Source: Malassezia furfur (taxonomy: Eukaryota). From it: a stretch of DNA of 46,935 nt. Under the pieces are notes generated by a model. That model was not told where the DNA came from. It searched no databases and saw only the letters and a program-made list of their open reading frames with translations. Positions 37,601 to 46,935 of this stretch are shown in pieces; position 1 is the first letter of the stretch, and each line of letters opens with the position of its first letter. The stretch lies in assembly GCA_052055015.1 (NCBI GenBank), contig JBQJIT010000034.1; one strand, given 5' to 3'. The position numbers and the translations under genes are program-made.

Positions 37601-37689
37601 GGTGCCGGGAACGCACACTTCACTAACAACGCGAGCCAAAATTTATGCAAGACTATGTGGCGTGACTCTGGACCCGATCAGATCACGTG

Positions 37690-39021
37690 TTACATCAGCC
37701 GAGGCGAGTAGGCGCACCACTCGCCCTGAGGCGCGGGCGCGTCGGGCTGCAGCACGCAGCACCATTTCCACACGATGCATTTCGTGTGGTCCATAGTTTT
37801 GTCCTGCGCCAGTGTTCCCACTTCGACACGTGCTGGGATGGGCGAAACGAGCGACTCGGGCACGGGCAGGGGGTCAAAAACCGTACGCAACGCGGCCACC
37901 TGTTCCAGGGCATGGCCCAGGGCAGACAGGTAGGACGTACTTCGCTGCCTTTCGAGTGCATAGATAAGCAGATGGTCCGCGATTTCATTGTATCGCGCAA
38001 ATCGCGAGGGAAGGAGCGAGCCACTCACGCCGCGGCGCTCGTCGTCGTCCGACTCGCTGGGGGCAAACAGGTTGATCCGCGCCACATGCGCACCATCGTC
38101 CACACCTTGTAGCCCGATCGTGACGAGCGCAATATCGCGAAGCTCGACTTGGATCTCGCCCGCCCCGTCACTCCACGATACGAGGCGCGCGCGCACTCGC
38201 TGCATCGGGAGATGCTGCCCAATGTCACGGCTCGGCGACCTCAGCGCCTCGGCCTCGTTACGGCATCGTACAGAAATGGTTTCATTAAACGATTGGACGA
38301 GCGCACTAAGCGCTTCTTGAACCGACTGGCCTTTGGCGGACGCCTCGCACTCCTCGATCCAGGGTGTAAGGCTTGCAAAATGCAGCGCCGTCGGCATCGG
38401 GTACAAGGGGCTCCGCAGCGTGGATCCGGGCGACTGTTTGGTGCTTCGCCCTTTTCCTGACTGGTTGGCGGGCATATCGGTCAACCGTCGGCGTTTTTGC
38501 CGCATCCTCAAAAGCACCTCGCGGACTTCGGTCGGACTGAGTGGGTCTTGGGCAAGTTGGCGCTCGACGACCTGGACAGCAGTATCGCCATCCGAGCATC
38601 CTGGAAGGGACTCATGCATAAGCGAGTTGAGCTGCTCCAGTACATGCGCAATGCCCGTCGCATTCGACTCGTACAGACCCAAGTCGTGCGTCGACGTGCT
38701 GCCCGCGTTGTTTTGTGCGCCGATGGCAGCTGCAAGGTTTTGTTCGGTAGAGTATGGTATCCGCATAAGTGAGTTAAGGGGTATAAGCAGATCGTTCAAG
38801 CTGTACATGAGGCCTTCGTGCATGGATGGAGGCTGCCGACAGGGCCGGCCTTGCGCTAGCGGCAGGTCCAGCAACGAAAGCATCTGGTTGACATGGAGCA
38901 AAGCCGCCTGCAGCTCGCCTGCCGAAGGACGTGTGGGTTGATTCGCCACTTCCTCGTTCTCCTTTTCCGCATCCGCTTTTTTGGCGGCTCGCGTTGCCCG
39001 AGCCGGACCTCCCTCGACCAT
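37690..39021 (-). CDS. Uncharacterised protein, weak resemblance to Mediator subunit Med27
   Basis: Uninterrupted ORF. The C-terminal pattern (INLFAPSE...PSRFARYNEIAD...TVF) loosely recalls Med27. Start uncertain (39021 or 39057). Confidence 0.5.
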   Translation of the reverse strand: MVEGGPARATRAAKKADAEKENEEVANQPTRPSAGELQAALLHVNQMLSLLDLPLAQGRPCRQPPSMHEGLMYSLNDLLIPLNSLMRIPYSTEQNLAAAIGAQNNAGSTSTHDLGLYESNATGIAHVLEQLNSLMHESLPGCSDGDTAVQVVERQLAQDPLSPTEVREVLLRMRQKRRRLTDMPANQSGKGRSTKQSPGSTLRSPLYPMPTALHFASLTPWIEECEASAKGQSVQEALSALVQSFNETISVRCRNEAEALRSPSRDIGQHLPMQRVRARLVSWSDGAGEIQVELRDIALVTIGLQGVDDGAHVARINLFAPSESDDDERRGVSGSLLPSRFARYNEIADHLLIYALERQRSTSYLSALGHALEQVAALRTVFDPLPVPESLVSPIPARVEVGTLAQDKTMDHTKCIVWKWCCVLQPDAPAPQGEWCAYSPRLM

Positions 39022-39100
39022 CTCCGCAGCGAGTGGTGGAGGGCAGCACCGGTGCACATTTTAGTCACACGCGGCGTTGCCCCACGAGACCCCCGCGTCC

Positions 39101-40294
39101 ATGGGTATGGTAGCATCCAAGAAGCCTAGCGTTTCGCCAAGTACGGAGGCCCAGCTCGAAGGCCTGGCCAAGCAGCTCACAAATGCGAAAGGTGCGTGCG
39201 ATCGGCCACTCATGCAGTCCAACGCGTGCTGATTATGGCCGGTGCGGGGATCTCCACCAGTGCTGGGATCCCTGACTTCCGCTCGCCCGTCACAGGCCTG
39301 TATGCAAGTCTGGCCAAATACGACCTGCCGTACCCGGAGGCCTTGTTCGATATTGGGTTCTTCCGCGAGAATCCGCAACCATTTTACACGCTGTACAAAG
39401 AGCTCTATCCCGATGGCTCGCGGTACAAACCCACGCTGACACACTGCTTCTTCCGTCTTCTCGAGAAGAAGGGCAAGCTTTTACGGGTATTTACACAGAA
39501 CAGTACGTGCGCATGGCTCACACAGTCGACACACTGGAGCTCTTGGGTGGCCTGTCCCCGGTCATGTTGGTCGAAGCCCATGGCTCGTTTGCCAAAGCGC
39601 GCTGTATCGAGTGCAAGACGGAGGTGGACGACGACTGGCTCAAAGAAAAGGTGATGAGCGGATCTGTGGCCCGTTGCGAGCAGCCCAAATGCCAGAAAAA
39701 GGATCAGGTGCCCAGCATCAAGCCCGACATCGTCTGTACGTGGTATGGCTCATGCAGTTTTCGGCGAAAACTTGCCGGATCGTTTCTTTGAGCGGCTGAT
39801 GGACTTCCGTCGCGCACAAGTTTTGCTGGTTATGGGAACGTCACTGGTGGTATGTGTGGTACTTAACCCAGGTCAATCCCTTCGCGTCCTTGATCGACGA
39901 AGTGCCGCTTCGGTGCCCGAGGTACCTGTTTAATCTCGACCGCGTGGGCGAGTCGCGCTCGGGTGGTTTTCTATCCCGATTTGACCGTCTTGGTGGTGGC
40001 GGTTTCGATTTTAATGAAGACTCGCGAGACGTGTTTTGCCAGGGCAAAGTGGACGACACGATTCGTGTGCTCGCGCAGAAGTGCGGCTGGGAAGAAGAGT
40101 TGGACAGTCTCTACAACGAGCTCCATGCCCAGCCCGCTCCAGAAAGTACAAACAAGGAAAGCGCAAAGGACTCCGCTTCGTCCGACGCAGACCAGTCAGA
40201 CGGATCGAGCTCCGGTGCAACCGATGCTCTGGCCGAGCAATTGCAAGCCACGAAACTGGACGCGCGCACGGACGCTAAATCTGAGAAATTGTAA
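39101..40294 (+). CDS. HST2: NAD-dependent deacetylase, Sir2 family class I (Hst2/SIRT2-like)
   Basis: [48 protein letters not shown]. Introns 39192-39217 (26), 39503-39525 (23), 39736-39757 (22), 39850-39871 (22). Confidence 0.92.
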
Positions 40295-40325
40295 TTAGTT
40301 GTATTTTCAGCCAAATTCTCCCTGC

Positions 40326-41779
40326 ATGACCCTTTGTGCCGAGCAAGTCGCACGGACTTGTCTCGATGCATACGCAGCCTTACCCAATGGAGGAGGCAAA
40401 CCACAGCGCCGTTCCAACGGAAGGTAGGTCTATGTCTTACGCAGGAATGAATGGACCATTCTTTCAGGCACCGTCTTGCAAGTGGACGACCAGTGGGTGC
40501 CTCTCACGTTGGCGACTGGCGTGAAGTGCACTCCGTACGCTCGTCTCTCTCCCTATGGCGACGTACTGCACGATTACCATGCCGAGGTACTTGTGAGGCG
40601 ATCTACCCGCGCATGGCTGCTAGAGCGGCTCCTTTCGGAATCTCACAACACAGAAGATACGATCGATGGACTCCCACGCCTCTTCGTTCCAATGCAAGCA
40701 AGCCAGGACTTGCCCAAAAGATGGCGCTTGCATCCGCAAGCCCGAATCCACCTGTATATATCGACTTTGCCTTGCGGTGAGGCATCCACTGAACTGCTCC
40801 ATGCACGTCACCAGCAGCAGGACTCGCTGGAAGGAGCCATACGTGCGCCAGAACACAACAGTGCCTTTCTTCTTCGTGGAAGGCAGACTACTGCGACACG
40901 GCAGGGGATTCTGCTACGAACAAAACCTGGGCGACGTGACTCGCCGCCTAGCATCAGCATGTCATGTTCGGACAAATTGCGCATATGGAATACGCTGGGA
41001 ATCCAGGGCGCATTGCTCACACGCTGGTTGGAGCCGGTCTTTCTGACAAGTGTAGTCGTATCTTTGCCCGACGCCGATCTTTCGCTTGCATCGACGTGTT
41101 CCCAAGTCATTGCAGGCCTACACCCATCTCAATTGTGCCCTGTCTATGCCGTATCAACGCCGTTCCCTGACAGTCGTGAAATGGTGGAGCAACGCCTATC
41201 GAAGGAGACGGGCATCGCCATTGGGTCTCCAGAGTGGTTAAATATTGAGCCAGTTCCAGGCGCGGCATGTACGTGGCATACTCACGCAGCCATTGCATGG
41301 CGCCGCAACTATCGTATGGAAAATTTGCTGGGAGGAATCAAGATGGGAGCGTCGACAAAAAGGAAAAAGGATGTGTTACCACAGTCTTCATGGTATGTGG
41401 TTGGTTGGGCTGAAACAGGTCTTCACTATGTCCACGAGCATGGTACCTGCAAGTTCTCCACGCAGAACAAGTACTGGAAGGGAATGTCGTTTTGCCATGT
41501 GAAAGCTATGCGAAACGCAAGCATCCCTCAGCATCTGTGTCTGCTCACCAAGCTCCTATTGCTGCCTATCAGGAGGCCAAGCGCCAGCTGTGCGGGGATC
41601 TAGACGATGCAAAGAGGGAAGAACGAGTCCAAAATTTTCTCGCAATCAACTCGGGCGGGTCAGATGCAACTGATGCCAAAGAAGATGTCTTGGACAATGC
41701 GGAAGCCAATGAAGCCCCTCTCCAACACTGGTTGGCAACGCCTCTCCGCATGAATGCATTTTGTGTAAAAGTGGAGTAA
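40326..41779 (+). CDS. TAD1: tRNA-specific adenosine deaminase 1 (ADAT1)
   Basis: GKP...R|NEWTIL, LATGVKC, LHDYHAEVL, PCGEAS, RTKPGR, SMSCSDK, GIQGALL. Introns 40424-40444 (21, contains stop), 41269-41289 (21), 41393-41418 (26). Confidence 0.88.
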
Positions 41780-41835
41780 TTTAGTCATTCGACACTTTTT
41801 TTTGTACGCTGCACCGGTCGTGCGACCAGCCAACC

Positions 41836-42800
41836 ATGACCCGCTACACGAAACTGGATGGCCGTCGTTCCATCCCCTCTGGGCATGATGTTCCATCTAC
41901 AGACGAGCCTAATGACACACACGCACCTAATGACACACACGCACCTGCTGAGCCTCAAAACACAACTTCCGAAGAGAGTCAGGACCCGAAGCGGCTGCTC
42001 AAGCGTGCCAAGCTTCTGCGCCTGAAAGCCAAAAAGACCAACTCGGACGAGACACGCGCCAAGCACTTGCAGAACGCCAAGGCGCTTGAGCAGCAGGCAA
42101 ACAAGCTGAATGGCCTACGTGGAAGTCTGGGCAAGCGCAAGAAGGACGAGGATGCACCGAGGGGCAACCAGCGCCCCCGGCTGGGTACGTGACTTTCACT
42201 AACCTAGACGCCGATCAAAAATCCGAGTTCCGACGGCAGATGCGTGCTCAGGAGCGCACAAGTAACATGCGATGCTTTGTGTGCCGTGGAACGGGCCACT
42301 CTGCCAAGAATTGCCCTGAGAATGTTGGCACGGGGAGCTCGTCGCTGACCGATGTCTCCTCGTCCAAGTTGGGCAAGGACACGGTCGGCATTTGCTTCCG
42401 GTGCGGCAGTACCGAGCATACGCTGGCTAAGTGCCGGAAACCTACGCCGAAGGATGGAGACGAGCTGCCGTTCGCTACGTGTTACATCTGTACGCAGAAA
42501 GGCCACCTGGCATCCAAGTGTCCCCAGAACCAGGGTCACGGCGTGTACCCGGACGGTGGCAGCTGTAAGGTGTGCCAGTCTGTGGAGCATCTAGCGAAAG
42601 ACTGTCCGTTGGATCCGCGGCGTACCTCGGCGGCGCACTCGGTCGAGGCCGGCGGTGTCGGCATGGTGTCCACCGATGACATCCCGGTCGGTGCGGACGA
42701 TGACGAATTCCACCTGCTTGCGCGGAAGCGCGCGCAGACGCAGCCCAAGTCTGGGCCGGCGCCGTCCCGCAAGCCTGCGAAAAAGGTTGTCTCGTTTTAG
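41836..42800 (+). CDS. CCHC zinc-knuckle protein (ZCCHC9-like)
   Basis: Four CX2CX4HX4C knuckles, FATCYIC..KGHLASKC..N..GVYPDGGSC, terminal KKVVSF. Intron 42185-42207 (23). Confidence 0.85.
41908..41946 (+). repeat. 18-bp in-frame tandem duplication (PNDTHA x2)
   Basis: CCTAATGACACACACGCA repeated twice, followed by CCT. Confidence 0.9.
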
Positions 42801-42841
42801 CAAGGGATTCTGTAGTGTAGGGTATATAGCGCATACGTCGT

Positions 42842-43739
42842 CTAACCGAACCATCGGTAGATCATGACTGCGTCAGTGTGGCATGACGTACAAAAGGCAA
42901 ACAGCGTAAACACGGCGCCCACGGCAAAGATGATGCGGTCCTGCGCACCAATCCGGTCGATAAATCCAATGAGCTCGCGGCTCAACCCCACCGTGTTGGC
43001 TGCGTCAAGCAGCCTTTTGCGCGTGCCCTTGAGAATTCCGCGCTGCTCGACGAGGTTTCCCAGCACCGACCGCCCTTGGGCGATAAAGGCGTCCAGCTGC
43101 GCCTCAGTGTTCTGGATGAAGGAGTGCTCACGCAACGCATGGTTCTCGCGCATGCTGTAGGGCGACTCGGAGCTGAGCGGCGCGTTGGGCTGGTGCATCT
43201 TGTAGGCGGCCAGCGGATCGGGCGGTGCAGCTCCGCCGTACATGTAGGGCGATGCGTGCGTCTGGGGCGGCTTGTAGTGTGCGGACAGCGTGGGCTGCGC
43301 GTATGCCTGTAGTGCTGGTCGCGCAGATGACATGGGATGCATGGAGAGTGGTGCTGTATGGCTCGACATGTCGACGGCCTGTGTGAGTCTGTGCACGTAC
43401 TCTGGGTCGCGCTGCGGATGTAGCGGGTGCCATGGGTCGCGCTGAGGCCGATGCGTGTGAAGGCGCGCCGCTCATATCTGCACGGGCCAGCGTCTCGCGT
43501 AGCTGATTGACTTCGGCGCGGAAATCGGCGGCGCGTTGGAGTGCCTTTTCGCGCTTCGCGATGACCAACTCGCGTTTGGCCATGCCCTCGTAGTCCTCGA
43601 CGGTTTTGAGGAGCGTTGTGATGGCCGCATTGATCTGTGCACGCCGTGCAGACGTGTGCACCGGATCGGCGCTGTACGCGTCGACATCGGCGCGGATCGC
43701 GGCGGTCTGGCGCGTGGCCAGGTTGTACAGCGAGTTCAT
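42842..43739 (-). CDS. BOS1: ER-Golgi Qb-SNARE Bos1/membrin
   Basis: MNSLYN..A.RQ start, RENHALREHSF, LDAFIAQGRSVLGNLVEQR, ANTVGLS, C-terminal TM. Introns 43379-43400 (22) and 42868-42891 (24, in frame, inside the TM). Confidence 0.92.
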
Positions 43740-43821
43740 CGAGGGTTGGGAGAGCCAGGCACGTTGCGGTGTCTGTGCTGCGCACGTGACGCCACTGGTT
43801 TCTTCGCGGACTCCAGAGACA

Positions 43822-45762
<1,941 letters not shown>

Positions 45763-45860
45763 TAGGGAAAAAGCGAGCGTGTGGCCCTGCGGCTTCCCTG
45801 TTGCCGGCTAATGGGTGGCGCGTGATTGGCCCAACGGGAAATTCGTTACAGACCACGTGG

Positions 45861-46935
45861 CTATGGCGGCGGAGGTACGAGTACGGTGGCAAGCCCCGCG
45901 GCGATGGCATCGAGCCAGGCACCGAGATCGTTGACCGTCTGCATGAGCTCGGTGTGCAGCTCCTGACGGTTCATCAGGTTTGCGAGGTCCAGGGGGCGCA
46001 GCGCGGGGCCGTCGAATAGCGCCGCAGGAGGGGTATGGAACACATCCTTGTCCAGCGCAGGCAAGGCGGGCACGTGGCGGCGCTGCGGCGCGCGCGGGGC
46101 ATCGCCCTCGTCGCTTGGCAGCGGCGGGTCCGACGTCTTGCGCAGGTGCGCAGGGCTCATCAGCGGGTTTGCTAGTATCGTAGGATCCGAGCCGCCGTGG
46201 TGTTTTCGTAGATGTGCATTTTCCTCCGACGTGCCCAGCACCGACAGCGATGCCGACGCGGTGAGTGCCGTGGGCGACGGCGAGGTGCCGCCGCCCGCCT
46301 TTTTCGGCGAGGTGCCGTCCACGTCAGGCTGCAGACGCAGAAGCGGCTGCATCGGCACGACGCGCGTGCGGCTCGTCAGCGAGTGCGTCGTCTGGTGCGC
46401 ATACGCACGCGATCGCAGGTCTGCTGCGCTGCCGCTGCGGCTGCGTGTGCGGCTGATGGCGCCCTGCGGTCGGAAGCCTGCAAACGGCTCCTCGAGGAAC
46501 GACGGGATATCGTGCCGCGAGGATGGGTCTCCGCGTCGCTCCGCGTCCGCCGCTGCGGCGCGACTCGCGTCCAGGCCGAGCGACGACGAGGAAGCGGCCA
46601 TCCGCAGCGCCGGTGGCTGCACCGCGCGACGGCTCGGCACGAAGCGGCCGACGCGCCGCAGCGCGGGCGAGCTGCGCGGCGAGTCGCCCTCGCTCTTTCC
46701 GCCGTCGACCTCGGGCGAGGTCGGCTGCGAGAGGCTCGGCGCAAACGGCTCGCTCGGCTCAAACGGCGAGGTGCTGGGTGTCGTGTGCGTCTCGGCGTGC
46801 TCCACCTCGTCGATCGCCGCGAGCGACGGGCTGCGCGACACGACCGAGGCCGCTGGGGTGTCGCTCGGCTCCGTGGGCGGTTCGGACGGGGGTGCAGAGG
46901 GTGCGGGCGGCGCAGGCGGCGCAGACGGCGCGGGC
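45861..46935 (-). CDS. C-terminal part of a gene running off the right edge; possibly the tail of a Kic1/Nak1-type STE20 kinase
   Basis: Open Ser/Pro-rich frame ending in the amphipathic RPLDL...ELMQTVNDLGAWLDAIAAGL motif. Catalytic domain is not in the window, so the family call is from memory only. Confidence 0.5.
   Translation of the reverse strand, partial: PAPSAPPAPPAPSAPPSEPPTEPSDTPAASVVSRSPSLAAIDEVEHAETHTTPSTSPFEPSEPFAPSLSQPTSPEVDGGKSEGDSPRSSPALRRVGRFVPSRRAVQPPALRMAASSSSLGLDASRAAAADAERRGDPSSRHDIPSFLEEPFAGFRPQGAISRTRSRSGSAADLRSRAYAHQTTHSLTSRTRVVPMQPLLRLQPDVDGTSPKKAGGGTSPSPTALTASASLSVLGTSEENAHLRKHHGGSDPTILANPLMSPAHLRKTSDPPLPSDEGDAPRAPQRRHVPALPALDKDVFHTPPAALFDGPALRPLDLANLMNRQELHTELMQTVNDLGAWLDAIAAGLATVLVPPPP

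Noticed and set aside
39101..41779. Frameshifts and internal stops in HST2, TAD1 and other genes read as pseudogenes, programmed frameshifts or stop recoding
   Set aside because: Each break coincides with a GT...CTNAY...AG element whose removal restores the conserved motif exactly.

Overview
Eukaryotic, GC-rich and extremely gene-dense fungal DNA. Gene content and compactness point to a Ustilaginomycotina yeast, most likely Malassezia (inference). About 33 protein-coding genes occupy all but about 3.3 kb of the window: RIM20, TSR2, SFI1, an SDR, COG4, CYC2-like, MET14, a NASP/Sim3 chaperone, a SET methyltransferase, a La-motif protein, DPM2, ETP1/BRAP2, IKS1, CDC48, NRDE2, a PLC-like enzyme, SSE1, RPL7, SNX3, ERG3, HST2, TAD1, a ZCCHC9-like protein, BOS1, HMT1, NDUFS7 and a few unknowns. 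The main signal, which the ORF track hides, is a population of ultra-short GT-AG spliceosomal introns. By hand I reconstructed 48 introns; 42 are only 20-29 nt (mode 21 nt), with the branch motif almost touching the AG, no polypyrimidine tract, and a donor-to-branch-A distance as short as 16 nt. The six longer introns form a distinct class, and the two RPL7 introns fold into long stems, one enclosing an snR39B-type C/D snoRNA. Other points: convergent genes with abutting or overlapping stop codons, 31-82 bp promoter gaps enriched in CACGTG and TGA(C/G)T(C/A)A, a chimeric pseudo-OHCU-decarboxylase protein, a 100-aa spliced orphan, and a candidate H/ACA-like RNA. No mobile elements, CRISPR arrays, rRNA or tRNA were seen. 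All gene names come from motif recognition, not database searches.
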